64,000 nt of DNA from Callorhinchus milii (lineage: Eukaryota), in NCBI RefSeq assembly GCF_018977255.1, contig NW_024704743.1:89840001-89904000 (forward strand). The letters run 5' to 3'. This document shows, in pieces, positions 37,890 to 51,284 of the stretch. Positions within the stretch are counted from its first letter, which is position 1. Every line of letters starts with the position of its first letter. The notes beneath the pieces were generated by a model. It was not told where the DNA came from. It worked only from the letters and a program-made list of their open reading frames with translations, and did not search any database. A program made the position numbers and the translations under genes.

Positions 37890-38808
37890 AAGTCGTGTCG
37901 GCCATCAAGTCCTGGATGAGAGCTAACTTCCCGCAATGGAACGTCAACAAGACCAAGGCCCTCCTGCTTGGCTCCCATCAGCACCTCCATACCTCGGGCT
38001 AACACCATCTTTCTCAATGGATGCACTCTACATCTCACGGAGCCAATACGGAACCAATACGGAGCCAATACAGAACCAATATGGAACCTCGGCATTCTGT
38101 TCGACCCTCAACTGTTCTTTACATTCCACATCATGCCTTGACCCGCTCCGTCTTTTCCCTCCTCTGCAGCATCGCTCAACTCCGCCACTGTCTCATGCCG
38201 AGACCTTCATACATGCATTCATAACATCCAGGCTTGACTACACAAACTCTCTACTTGTCGGCCTCCCCAATTCCTCCCTCCATAGGCTGCAGATCATCCA
38301 GAAGTCTATAGCCTGTGTCCTCCCCTTCACCAGGCTTCATGACCTTATCTCCCTCAGCTTCACCCAACTACACTGGCTTCCCATCACTCAGAGGATACAG
38401 TTCAAGATCCTGGTCCTCACTTTCAAATCCCTTCATGGCCTTGCTCCTAACTACCTCTGCGACCTCCTAATCCCTTACCATCCTGCCGCTCCTTCCGCTC
38501 AGGCTTGCTTCATGTCCCCCACTTCACCCACCCCACCATTGGCGGACGGCCCTTCACCAACACTGCTCCCATCCTCTGGAACTCCATCTCGCAGTCCCTG
38601 CACCTCATCCCCTCCCTTGCCTCCTTCAAAACCCATCTCAAGACCCTCCTCTTCTACTGTGCCTTCGGTCTCCCTCCTTCCCGCCCTGCCCTTCAACTCT
38701 CCCTGATCCCAACCCCCTGCTTGGATCCGAAACACTGATTGTCCAGTGCCTTGGGATGTCCTCCTGTTGTGAGAGGCGCTATACAAATGCAATGTTGTTG
38801 TTGTTGTC
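37890..38808 (+). mobile_element. L2 LINE 3' fragment in or near the DCSTAMP 3' UTR (antisense to the gene)
   Basis: IKSWMRANF, SRLDYTNSLL, LHWLPITQRIQFK; (ttg)n tail about 70 nt beyond the DCSTAMP stop. Confidence 0.9.
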
Positions 38809-38879
38809 ACATTTAATCTAATCACATATAAAGCTTACTGTAGTCAATTATTTATTTGCGATATGGGAAGTATGTTCAT

Positions 38880-38954
38880 TCAAAGCTCATCAAGTGGTGC
38901 TTCTAGTGGGTGGGTTTTATAGTGCATTTTGAAGATGGGGAACCAAAAGAAGAC
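38880..38954 (-). CDS. DCSTAMP: DC-STAMP last coding exon
   Basis: ttcttcttacag| acceptor; VFFWFPIFKMHYKTHPLEAPLDEL-stop; resembles the recalled human terminal-exon motif HFWLPVLKM; too short for the ORF track. Confidence 0.85.
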   Translation of the reverse strand, partial: VFFWFPIFKMHYKTHPLEAPLDEL

Positions 38955-39944
38955 CTGTAAGAAGAAATAAGGGAACACATATTATATAAACCTAATTTTT
39001 ATTTAGATAACGGTATTTTATATGATATATTAAATCTCCAATAACAACCAACAAACTTCAGATTCCCTTAGTACTACTGTTACATTGGATTGAATTAGCA
39101 TTTCAGAGTCCACCGGTGGCAGCTTGGCTCTGGATAAAGGTCTATTTAATAATGATGTTTTTAGATTAATTATATGTCAACTTATGATATTGACTATAAT
39201 TTTCCATCCATAATTGTACTTAACTATTGATCATATTAGATTAATTATATTCAAAGAAGTTTTCCTTAATTAAATTCCTTCATGAGAATGCAGAATTAAT
39301 TGCTGGAAGCTATGGTTGAAGCAAAAAATATTAACGTATTTAAGAGGAAACTTGATGTATACATGAGGGAGAAGGGAATAGAGTGGTATAAGAGATGGGA
39401 CAAGAAGGATGGATGCTTGTGCGGAGTATTAATACTAGCATGGACAAGCTGGCTAAACAGCTTATTTTTGTGCTCTTTCATTCTATGTAGTTCTCTAAGT
39501 TTATGTATCATTTTACTTTAATTCATGCTGGAGCTGCTTTCTTCACCTGTCTGCCTATTGGCATGTTGATTGCCAGTTGTTGTACTATGCTAGCCTGGGT
39601 TTTATTGCCAGCTTGTGTGCCAAGGCCAACGTGAGTGTTATTGCTATCCTGTGTGCTATTGCCAAGCATGTGTGCCATTGATATGCCAACACACCACTGC
39701 CAAGTCTCCATTCCCACTGCCAATTTCATAAAGAGGTAAAGTGCCTGAAATTGGAAGGAAAAGTGTTAGCTTGAAGAAAATGTGCGGAATTAAAGGGAAT
39801 TGTGAAGGAACATAGGCCACCTGGACCGATCTAACTCAAATATTCTATTGTAGTTGCTTCTCCGTTTTGGCGTACATGTGTAGTGAGTGCTCTTTGTCAA
39901 CCTATAACTAGAACCCAATGCCTCCCATTTTGTGTGTTCAATGT

Positions 39945-40385
39945 ACACTGCCTGGTGCAATCGTAGCACTCTCATCTTTCAGTCAGAAAGTTGTGAGTTT
40001 AAGCCCACATCGGGACTTGGAATCACATAGTCTAAGCTGACACTCTAAAGCAGTGCTGGGAGTACGTTTCATTGTTGGAGGTGCCGTCCTTTGGATGAGA
40101 TGTTAAACCGATGTCCAATCTGCCTGTTCAGGTGGATGTTAAAGATCCCATGGCACTATTTGAAAAGAGAAGGGAGTTTCTCCCAGTATCCTGGCCAACA
40201 ATTCCCCAAATAAAATTGGTCACTCACTCCATGGCTGTTTGTGGGACATTGCTGTGTGCAACAGGATGCTAAGGTTTGCCCACAATATATAGTCAACCAT
40301 TTTACAATATATCCTGTGAAGCGCTTTGAGACATCTCAACAACCTGATAAAGCACTATATCACATGCAAAGTTTATTATTATTAA
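39945..40385 (+). mobile_element. Deu-type SINE, near full length
   Basis: tRNA head, ggtgccgtcctttggatgagatgttaaaccg domain, tail. Confidence 0.8.
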
Positions 40386-42123
40386 CCATTATACTTCCAA
40401 TGTACCTTTAGGTGTTATTTGTCCCATATTTGTAATCCTACAAACTTCACAGCACAAATTCTGCCACATCCTAATAAGAGTAAAGCTGGAGCCTAAATAT
40501 ACACTGATCATGTTTCAGATCCAAATGCTCCTTGTCTTAATAGCCACCGTTGTATTGCCATTATTCACCCTAATCTACTTCACGATGAAGCTAATCTGAG
40601 TGTATTAATGTACACTGGAGTTCTATACTCTAACAAAGCATACACATTCTAGTCACCATTAAATGCTCTCAACATTTTATTGGATCTGACTACAGGTCAC
40701 TTCTCTGTTCTCAGTGCTCTTCCGGTGTTTGTTTTTCTCAGATTGGAACAGTCATTAATTCAGACTGTCACATCTAACCACCCACAATCTAAGTGAAAGA
40801 TTGATCTGGACAGATGTTCACTGTACTGGGCGCTCTTTAAATGGACAGACTGTATTCCTGTATGGTTTATGCACACAGACAGGAATTCCATTCCTGTATG
40901 GTTTATGCACACAGCCAGGTGTCAGACTGGCTCAGTTGATAACACTCTTGCCTCTGAGTCAGAAGATTCAAAACCCATGTTAGGACTTTGAACACAAAAT
41001 CTAGGCTGACACTCTAGTGCAGTACTGGGGAGCGCTGCATTGTTGAAGCTGCTGTCCTTATGATGATACATTAAATCGAGGTCCTGCCTTATTGTAAAAT
41101 CTTTCACTTACATGTCAACTTGGTTTGAGCAATCATCAAACTTTATCAGAAATGATACAGTGCAGATGTGAAGAATCAAGGGATTCCAAATTGTGGTATT
41201 TCCTAAATGTGTTCACTGGGGAAAATTAATGAACACATTAGCGACTAGAAACCTTAAAACTTTCCCTTATTCGCTTATATACATTTGGGGATTGAATACC
41301 CCTTACTCCAGTTTGTATAAAATAGTTTCTCCTTCAGACTTTCTCCATTTTAACTTTGAATTTTTACTTTAAAAATTATTTTTAAATGTTAAAAAAGGTA
41401 ACAAATGTGCAAGATTGGTGCTTTCTGTTGTGGATTGTACGTTTTCTATATCCTCACAAGCGTTTTGTAATTAATAACAATAAATACAAATTATTACATG
41501 TGATAGAGTGCCTTATCATGTCATTGAAATGCCTCAATGAATTTTACAAGATTTGTTGTAAACTAGAGTACATTTTTTAGACAAACACAAGACTCAATTT
41601 GCACAAGGTGATGCCCTGCAAACAGCCATGAAGTAAACAAACATTTTTTTCAGCCCCACCAGGACAAACTACCTTCTTTATTCGGATAGTGGAATGGCAA
41701 CAGTTTCTCACTGAATTGAGAACAAAAAGCAGCCAAATTGACTGAGAAAAGCTCGAGGGAGAAACTTTTATCCAGAAGCGAGAGGAAGAAACTCAGCCAA
41801 CCTGACACCTGGCTGTGGTGCATAAACCATACAAGAACAATCTATCCACTTAAAGAGAGCACAGGAGTAAACATCTCCTAAACCTCTTGTTAAAGATAAA
41901 TTTAAAATACATGTTTTAGCCATAATTTCTGTACCATTCCATGGTTATGCCTGGGTACTAAGCCAATGAGGATCTGCATTGTTGTAATTTTACTTGAAGC
42001 GCTGTGGGCATAAGTGGAGCTAAGTGACATTTTGTTCATTCTACATATGAGCAGCAGAAGGAGGAATAGAACTCATAAATTGGTAAAAATTCTGTGCCTT
42101 TGCCCCCACACGTAGGTTGCTTT

Positions 42124-42588
42124 AATAATAATAATCCTTGCATTTGATATAGCGCTTTTCACATTGGGAGGACGTCCCAAAGCGCTTTGCAAGTGTGTGG
42201 GTGCATACTGACCCACAACAATAATAATAATCCTTGCATTTGATATAATGCCTTATCTTTATTATTATTATTATCAAGTCTTGTCTCAAGGCGTTTCACA
42301 GAATATAGTGTAAAGTGAATTGACTGTATATTTTGTGGGCGAAGCGCGGGAGCCAATTGCTCCCCGCAGTGTCCCACAAACAGTCGTGGATTGAGTGACC
42401 AAATTATTATTTTTTTGAAGGGATTATTACCCCAGAAAAGTGATATGCCAATCAACTAATAACCGGGTTCCTACTTACTGCTAAGTAAACAGAGGCGAGG
42501 GGTAAGAAAACTTGCCTAGTGTTTTGTCCTGCCCGGGAATCAAACCTATGTCCTCTCAATTGATTAACCAATACGCTACAGGACTCCA
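42124..42588 (-). mobile_element. tRNA-SINE (long form) plus an extra SINE tail fragment
   Basis: ggactcca head at about 42582-42588; two taataatccttgcatttgatat tails. Confidence 0.85.
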
Positions 42589-42694
42589 AAATTTCCCATC
42601 CCAGAGGTGAGAGCACATAACAACATAGGCAAATCAGACCCTGTTAATTTCAGAACAATGTAATTAATCTTATTTTTATATCTTCAAACATTAC

Positions 42695-43039
42695 CGAGTT
42701 AGCCTGAGTGCTCAGTTTCTTCTCTCTGTTTTCCAGGTTTACTGACATTCTTTTCTGTAGCAATTTTTGGTGCAGGAACTGTACTCGGTCGCTCTCGGTG
42801 TCAGGGTAAAATGAGGCTAAAACCAGAACTTTCAATACTGTTAATTTAGCTGAAAATAATGTGACTAACATGAGGGCAGCAATTATTACAACAAGTGGGA
42901 TCCATATCTCTGTAATTGATAGAGTCGGTCGAGGGATGCATTCACGTTTATACAAATGTGTTTCATATGAAAACATTTGTGCAGACATTTTCACAGGATT
43001 TTGAATTTCTATAGGAATATTAATGAATTTAAGCTGTAC
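42695..43039 (-). CDS. DCSTAMP: DC-STAMP second coding exon
   Basis: ttttttgcag| acceptor and tcg|gtaatg donor; 345 nt, phase 0/0; ECIPRPTLS..TM..SAKLTVLKVLVLASFYPDTESDRVQFLHQKLL. Confidence 0.9.
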
Positions 43040-43182
43040 CTGCAAAAAAGTAAGGCAACAATTAGGTACATTTACAGTCCCAAGTTTAAGGGTGTATTGC
43101 AATAAAGAGTATGAAAATAAAAATAATACAATTCTAAGGTTAAGAAATAATTCTAAATAAACATAATAACGTAAGACAATGC

Positions 43183-43500
43183 CAATAATAATAATCCTTG
43201 CATTTGATATAGCGCTTTTCATGTCAGGAGGACATCCCAAAGCGCTTCATAGAACACACTGTAAAGTGAATTGACTGTATATTTGTGGGCGAACGCGGCA
43301 GCCAATTGCGCACAGCAATGTCCCACAAACAGTCGTAGATTGAAAATTACCAAATTATTATTGTTTTTGGTTTTGGAGGGATTATTATTAGGCTCTGTGT
43401 GGAGTAAGGAAACTTGCCCAAGGTTTCGCCCTCTGCCTGGAATTGAACTCAGGTCTCTCACTTGCAAAGCGAGTGCTCTAACCACTGAGCTACAGGACTC
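43183..43500 (-). mobile_element. Young tRNA-SINE (internally deleted form)
   Basis: Near-identical to 4781-5107. Confidence 0.9.
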
Positions 43501-44297
43501 TGGAAGTTGTCTATGCTTTTTCTCCTATCTGTTCATTACAGAGATTTTGATTGTTCACTTCAAGGTTTTTTGTGGGACATTGCTGTGCGCTATTGATGTC
43601 CATGTAGCGGGGTCTCATATATGAATTCCAATTGAAGCTTGAAGCCTCCCTGAAACGGGATGCAAGTGACAAAGAGGTATCTGAGAGGCCTTTGTTATGA
43701 CATGGAGTGTGGAAAGTGGCCTCTCATGGCTCATTCACAGAGGAATGTTCTAATTTGAATGAACTCCTCTGAAAACATTCAGGAAAGGCAGATTTATATT
43801 TTACAATGATCCCTCTCATAGAAATTTACAGTGCAGATGAAGGCCATTTGGCCCATTGAGTGCACCACCTTTCAGAGCAAGATGTTCCTTCAATCCCACT
43901 TCAAGCCTCTATCCTTCATATACATGTCCACATTCCTCTTGAAACCCACAATGGATTCTGCATGAATCCTAGACCACAGCATCCAAGGCATTTCAGGAGT
44001 TTGGATGCTAACATTGTTTAGACTTTGAGGGGGATTGTTTCAATATACAGTTTAACACCATTTGCTCAATACAGAATGGACTGTGTATTTAGGAATACTA
44101 CAATTTTCACCCTAAAAAGTTTGAGTGCGTCTTACAACTTTCTTAATCCTAATTTATTTCCTAGTGCACATACATAAAGGAACAAGACTGGCTCTCAGAT
44201 CTTTCTAATTCATATTTAAGACATTCTCAAAGTAAAATCATGACATTTTTAAATTGTCCCAGTAGAATGTGACTATATATCTATAGGCTGTACTTAC

Positions 44298-45326
44298 GTC
44301 AGATTTCATGCTTATTGTTATGTTTATTGCTGGCAGAATTTCTAGCTGATTTCTTATTGAAGAAATAAAGATGTACAGTGCCCAATCAATCATTATGTTT
44401 GTTGCCCAAGCGCACAGATTAATAAAGATGGGAGTGAAAAATCTTGCCATTGTTTTCCATTCCCTTGCTGTCAACCACAGTGATGGGAATTCTATGATGT
44501 ATTTTCTCTCTTTTTGAGTCAATGAGAGAAGATGAGGCTTCCCTTTTTCTTTCTGGGCTGCGTCGTATTTCAGAAACTGGTTTGTGATAAATACATTTTC
44601 AAATTTCATTTTGTTTAAATACCTTCTAATATAGAACCAAGTGGCTACCAGGATGAATAAAACACCAATTATGGCCAAAGTGTTTTTCCAAACGAGAAAG
44701 ATTATATCAAACGACGATTTGATGTTATCCCCGAGACTCTTTAAGCGATGTTTCACTGTGCTCAGGTTTCTTTCGAAATCTTCATCTTCCACTCTGTAGT
44801 TCAACTCAAATTTATCTTCTAACTTCACAAATATATTTTTGGGGATTTTCAAAGCTTGTTCAGAAATCCACTTTATTACTTCACGGTACATTTCCATAAT
44901 TCCTCTGATAGATGGAAGCATGTGCTCCAGGTAGCAGACTGCACTCTCTGCTAAGCCTTGTAAATTGGTGAAGATGTTCTGGGCACATTTAAGAAGCACC
45001 ACACTGGTGCCGGCAGTAATCAGACCATTGCGGCCCTGTTGCGTTCCGCACGAGATGAGGAATATCAGAGTGATGCACCTGAGATATTTGGAAAGAAATA
45101 AAGCTGCGCCAGTAACAGCAGTGAAGGACCCAGAGATTGCCAGAGACACGGAATGGCTGCATTGCAATGCCCGCAAGCACAAATGAAGGATGCCTCCAGC
45201 TCCCAGTCCCATAATAAAGCATAGCGTGAGCAGGCACACAATGTTTTTCCAACCAACCTTTTGTTCCAAAAGCATCAATTTCCACAGGCCCGACCATATT
45301 TGACCAGCAGTCTTAAGCAGAGACAT
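44298..45326 (-). CDS. DCSTAMP: Dendritic cell-specific transmembrane protein, first coding exon
   Basis: ATG at 45326, with an acceptor AG just upstream (exon starts about 45342); 1029 nt to the gac|gtaagt donor; multi-pass TM protein with SCGTQQGRNGLITAGT and KFENVFITNQF..YD motifs typical of DC-STAMP; adjacent to DPYS. Confidence 0.94.
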
Positions 45327-45679
45327 TTTTCTTTGGTAACTTCTACAATTGGAGAAACTGAAGTCAGATTAAAGACAAAATCAGAATTGTTAGTAACGAT
45401 CAAATCTGTAAGCCTAAGCCATCATCTTTGATTCCCATTAAACAAGGTCACTGGTTTCAAAGCTTGAACAAACTTGCAGGTGCCACTTTATTGAATATTA
45501 TTTCATAATGGCTCAAATGGTATCCATTATGTTGTAAAAAATGTTTTTTTTTGGCATCCATCATATACAAATTGAATTTTTACTATGATAATTTTGGCAA
45601 GTGTTTGGACATTCTAATAGGCACTAAAATAAATGTATTATTGTTTTGAAGTTATTCATTGGTAAATGGGAATTACATT

Positions 45680-46010
45680 AATAGTTTATGCTGATACTCT
45701 GGTGCAGTGCTTTGGGGACCATTGCATTTTCAGAGGTGCTGCCCTTCGGATGAAATGTTAAACCGAGGTTTCATTTGCCTGTTCAGGTGGACGTTAAAGA
45801 GAAGGGAGTTTCTCTTGATGTCCTGGCCAAAATCGCCAGATAATATTGATCATTTACTTTTTCGCTGTTTATCGAACATTGTTGTGTGCAAATTGACTGC
45901 ATGTTTGTCTACAAATACATAGTCACTTCACTCAACAGCAAATCCTGTGAAGCACTTTGAAACATTTTAGCATAAGAGGTACTTCACCAAACACAAGGAT
46001 TATTATTATT
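45680..46010 (+). mobile_element. Old Deu-type SINE fragment
   Basis: cttcggatgaaatgttaaaccgagg..gttcaggtggacgttaaaga. Confidence 0.7.
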
Positions 46011-46239
46011 ACAGATGATGGTTTTACACTGTTGGAGCTGTTCATGATTCTGTCTGAAGCACTTGATGAGAGAATAGTTTCTGCATTATTGTTTAAGTAA
46101 TGTATGAATAGATCATCACAATAATCTCATTACTCAAGTGAGCAAGTTGCAGAGGCAGGCAGATGTTTCCAATTAGAAACATGATGAATGTTATCAAAGA
46201 ATAAGAGATATCAGTTTATTCTGGCTTATATTTGGTTAT

Positions 46240-47827
46240 ACAGTCCAAATCACCTCAATGAAACCCACCACCTGCTGCCTCGACCCCCTCCCCAGCAACT
46301 TACTGGTCACCCAGCTCCCCCTCCTCTGCCCAGTACTGGCTGATGTCATCAACCAGTCCCTCTCCTCTGGATCAGTCTCCTCCTCCCTCAAAATGGCTGT
46401 CATCACCCCGCTCCTCAAAAAACCTTCCGAGAGATCCCTCAAACCCCAGCCACTATCGCCCTATTTCAAACCTGCCCTTCCTCGCAAAAGTCCTAGAACT
46501 CATTGTTGCCAATCAACTTCGCGCACACCTCTCCTCCCACTCCCTCTTCGAACCCCTCCAGTCCGCTTTCTGCCCTGCCCACAGTACAGAGACTGCGCCT
46601 GTGAAAGTCACAAATGACATCCTCTCTATCTGTGACAAGGGCTTCCTCTGCTTCCTTGTCCTCCTGGACCTCTCCGCTGCTTTCGACACGGTCAATCACG
46701 CCATCCTCCTCCACCATCTTTCCTCCATCATCCACCTCAGTGGGACCGCACTCACCTGGCTAGAGTCCTACTTCACGAATCACCAGCAGTACATCTGCAC
46801 AAATGGCTTCTCCTCCCGCTCTCACCCGGTTATCTGTGGGGTACCCCAAGGATCCATCCGTGACTCCCTCCTCTTTCTGATCTACATGCTCCCTCTTGGG
46901 GATGTCATCCGCAGACATTGAGTACACTTCCACATGGATGCAGATGACACCCAACTCTATTTTTCACCTCACTTTGTGACCCTCTCTGCCTGCTTGTCAG
47001 ACCTCAGGAGCTGGATGAGCACGAATTTCCTTCAGCTGAACGTTGACAAGATGGAAGCCATACTCTTTGGCTCTGGTCAATGTCTAAAATCACATGGTTC
47101 TCACCTCCTCAACCTACCCGACCTCCCACTAAAACTCTCTGAACTTGTACGCAACCTAGGCATCAGGTTCGACCCCCAATTATCCTTCCTCCCCCACATC
47201 CGGTCACTCACCAGCACCACTTTTTTGCACCTCCGACGCATCGCCCGTCTCCCCCAATACCTCACTCCAAAAGCCGCTGAAACCCTGGTCCATGCCTTTG
47301 TCACCTCTTGGCTGTTCAAATGCCCTCCTCGCCGGTCTCCCCTCCACTACCATCCATAAAATCCAGGTCATCCAAAACTCCCCGATCACCCCAGTCCTTG
47401 CCAGACTGCACTGGCTGCCTATCCCAGAGAGGATCGACTTCAAGATCCTCACTCTTGTCTTCAAATCCCTCCACTCCACTGCACCCCCCCTACCTCTCTG
47501 ACCTCACTCCTCATAACAGTACCCGCTGTCTTCGCTCCACCAGGTCTGGCCTCCTTCTTACCCCCCGAATCCTCTGCTCCACCATCGGCGGCCCTGCCTT
47601 CAGCCACTATGCCCCGAGACTCTGGAATTCCCTTCCTCACTCCCTTCACCTCGCTCCCTGTCTTCCCACTTTCAGGTCTCTGCTGAAGACCTTTCTTTTC
47701 GACCGCGCCTTTGGTCACCTTCCTCCCCCTCCCCCTGGCTCGGCATCGGGATCCATTACTGTAAAGTGCTCTGAGACACCGTCCAGCGTGGAGGGCGCTA
47801 TATAAATCCAAGTTGTTGTTGTTGTTA
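46240..47827 (+). mobile_element. L2 LINE, decayed RT through 3' tail
   Basis: [44 protein letters not shown]; (ttg)n tail. Confidence 0.95.
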
Positions 47828-49498
47828 TTCTACTTTGAGTTAATACGTTGGAAGTCAAATGCAATTTTTGTAACGTAATATCACAATTAGTGACACTGGA
47901 TAAAAAAAATTGGGTACCAAATCCACGACTGTTTGTGGGACACCGCTGCGTGCAATTGGCTGCCACGTTTCTCCCACAAAATATAGAATCAATTCACTTT
48001 ACAGTATATTCTGTGAAGCATTTTGAGACGTCTTGAAGACAAAGCCCTATATCAAATGCAAGGATTATTATCATTATTATAACCAAGGCATAGTGCTAAC
48101 CTACAGGAACTACACACTGCCCTGCTGGAGCTGAGCTCCCAGATGTTGGCAAGAGATGTATCTGTTCACCGGCAAAAACTGATGCTTGCTATTTGTGACT
48201 TCTTGTTATAAATATCATATTTCAGACCCTAGTAGTAACCAAAATAAAAAGAATGCAGTTTGTGGCAATCATTGGTAGCCAAATGCCACTATTGGAGAAA
48301 TTGCATGTGGTGGAACAAGAGATGGTCAGGGTGAGCAGGGAAGCAGTAGATCACACCTCTGATATTCTGTGTGGAGACTTTAATGATGCCTCTTGTTGGC
48401 AATGCATCGCAATCTTTCTTTTCTTATCTGCAGGCTCTGCATTTCTGCTTCCCAACGTGCTCGGGCTCTTTGTTCTATCCTGAAGGCATTTGAATCCCTT
48501 TTCCCTTCTGCTGGGCTAAAGATCCACGGACACAAATTACCCTTAAGCAATTCGCCCAAGTAAATATTATTCATGTGCGAGCTTTGACAGTGAGTGTTGA
48601 CAAGCTATTCGACTGAGAGGAATCACTGTTGAGCCAAATAGTATCACCCATTTTCTAGTATGGGCTGTTGGCTAGCATTCAGAGTTGCGGTTCTGGTTTA
48701 TTTTCTGCTTGCTATATTAGGGCACTACAGTTAATCAGTAGTACCATCTGACTGCTGTTGTTGAGATCGGCTAACTCAGCAGAGAACAGTGATCAAATCT
48801 AATCACTTCCATCCTGTATGAATAAACTTCTGAGCCATAGGGAAAAGCTCAGAGTTGCAACTAGAACAACTGGTACAGAAAAAGCAAATTCAGATTTATC
48901 AGAAGATGCACAGTGGAAGATAAATGGGTACAGGAAGTGATATAAATTGTTCTTGTAAAGTTTTCTTACATTATTTAATGCACATTTTCTTTATTTTACT
49001 TCCTTAGTGTGTTTTCGTACATTCACAAGCTCATCAGTTTTCCATGTCAAACTGTATGCTGGGGTACTGCTAGAGTCTAAATGGCTAAAATTGCATAGCT
49101 GCCGTAGATACCACTGTCTGGCAAACTTTCCCGCTGTTTGTCCAGCTAGGACCACCATACCCCTTAGGGTTTTGGCTTGCAGGGTTAACAGGAGCTGAAT
49201 AGAATGACTCCCTGTCCCCAGTGACTGGTATCCTTTCCAAGTCTTGCCAATGAGTCAGGCTGGCGGTGCTGCCATCTGCAGTGCCCTGGAATACTGCGGA
49301 CCCATCTCGCTCAGGAATCGAACCCCCAAGTCCGCCACAGAGGGCTGACTTGATTTCGACATTCTGTTGCCAAACATGTCACCTTGGAAGCAGTTCAGCT
49401 CCAAGGAAACTATGCTTCCCTTCCCCTAAGGAGGATAGTCACTGGTTGGACATTTGATATCCAACAAGCTCAGTGTATGTTCACTCAGTGAAAGCTCA

Positions 49499-49770
49499 CA
49501 ACAACAACAACTTGCATTTATATAGCGCCCTTCACACGGGGCAACGTCCCGGAGCGCTTGACAGTGGTGGAGTCTGACACCAAGCCAGGGGGAGAGGGAG
49601 GGGTGAGGTGACTGTAAGCACGATCAAAAAGGAAGATATGTAGGGGTGATGACTTGAAAGTTGAGATGGTGCAGGAAAGGCAGAAGAATTGAGGGGGAGA
49701 GTTCCAGAGTTTTGGGCTTAGTAGCTGAAGGTGGGGATGGGATCGAGGGAGCAGGTGGTGGGTTTACGTT
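49499..49770 (-). mobile_element. L2 LINE fragments
   Basis: (caa)n tail, 3' UTR and a KPTTCSLDPIP remnant. Confidence 0.7.
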
Positions 49771-50289
49771 CGCTTAAACCCACACTTGTTGGATGTTGAA
49801 CTGTTTCTGTAGTTTGCTCTGTTACAGTGCCATCTATTTGTTGAACTTTTATAATGAAATTTGAAACCAAAGCAACATTTCTGGTGTTTCGTGATGGTTT
49901 ATCATTGCTAAGCAGGACATGCCATTTAGCTAGTTTAGCAAATCCTGCAGAAGCCTGTTTGTTTTGGCCTACAAATATAGTCAATTACATGTGAAGTGCT
50001 TTGAGATGTTTTGATGTTATGGATGTATTGGTAAATGCAACAATCCTTATTATGTTATACTGAAAAATCTGACTGTTTTCACTGTTAACATATAAAACTA
50101 ATAGTGACGTAAGGATATGCTGATTGGCCTCTGACTATATTTGTATCAGTGGGAATGAAATAGACACAACATATATGGGTGAATAGATACTTCCTAAATT
50201 TATCCTGTTCATGATTAAGATCCACATGTCATTACTTCCTTACTAAATTATCAGAAAATCTATTAAGATTGTTCCTTTTTCTGTGGTAC

Positions 50290-50725
50290 TGAGGGAAAAT
50301 CATAGAATCAAAGAATTGTGGCTGTGACAGTTCTTTGAAAACGCTACACTGAAACTTCTCAAAGCGGTTCACAGCATTTTTACTGTGAAATGTATGCACT
50401 GTGTATTTGAAGCCAAATGTGGCAGCCAATTTGTGCATAGCAATATTCATAAAGAGCTATGTAGTGAATGACTAATGTTTTATCTCGAGGATTGTTGGCA
50501 AGGATATTTGTGGAAACTCCCTTCTCTTTTCAAGCAGTGTCAAGGAATCTTTAACGTCCACTTGAACCAGTAGATGGGACCTTGATTTAATGTCTCATCT
50601 GAAGGATGACACTTCCAATGGTAGAAAGCTCCCACACCAATGTATAGGAGAGTCAGCCTAGACAATGCAATGTAGAGCTTTGAAATCACAACCTTCTGAC
50701 TCAGATGCAAAAGTGTTACCAACTG
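50290..50725 (-). mobile_element. Old Deu-type SINE
   Basis: Reverse complement of head, central domain and tail. Confidence 0.7.
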
Positions 50726-51284
50726 GAAACAGACTGTCATCTTAATATATATTTGATACGGTGACTCAAATATTTTAATGCATTTAATTAATATATTTCA
50801 ATACAGTAATTCACCATGTATAATGCTGTACTTCAATATATATTATATTAAATTAAAAATGTATTAACTCAAGGAATTCAGTGCAATAACATATACATTG
50901 TAATTGTTTGAATCCTGTGAGCAGAAGATAATGAATAAGTTGCCTTCAGCTGGCAAGATTCAAACTGAGTCAAAGTCAATATCCCTGGCCACTAAATGCC
51001 AGCGATCACTATGAGACAGGGGTCAGCAATGGAATTGTTGGCTGCCGGGAGTCCACACACATGTGAAATTCCGTTTTGGACCTGGTCCAGCAAGGTACAA
51101 ATTCCAGACCCCCGGTTCAGTAAGCCGGAGATTTACTGTATTCCAGTAAATGAATGTAGTGGTTTATCTGTCAACTCTCACATTTTATGATATAATTTGA
51201 CTTCTCCCACCTATCCCTTTGCTGAATTGTAAATTCTTTGACTATGTTCCAGTAACTTTCATATAAAAATAAAAAAAACGTTCA

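Noticed and set aside
40854..40914. 25-bp direct repeat as a CRISPR-like or regulatory array
   Set aside because: Only two copies in eukaryotic intron DNA next to a SINE; a simple local duplication
42650..43240. The 196-aa ORF as a single DCSTAMP exon
   Set aside because: Its N-terminal part is SINE and intron sequence; only 42695-43039 is bounded by splice sites
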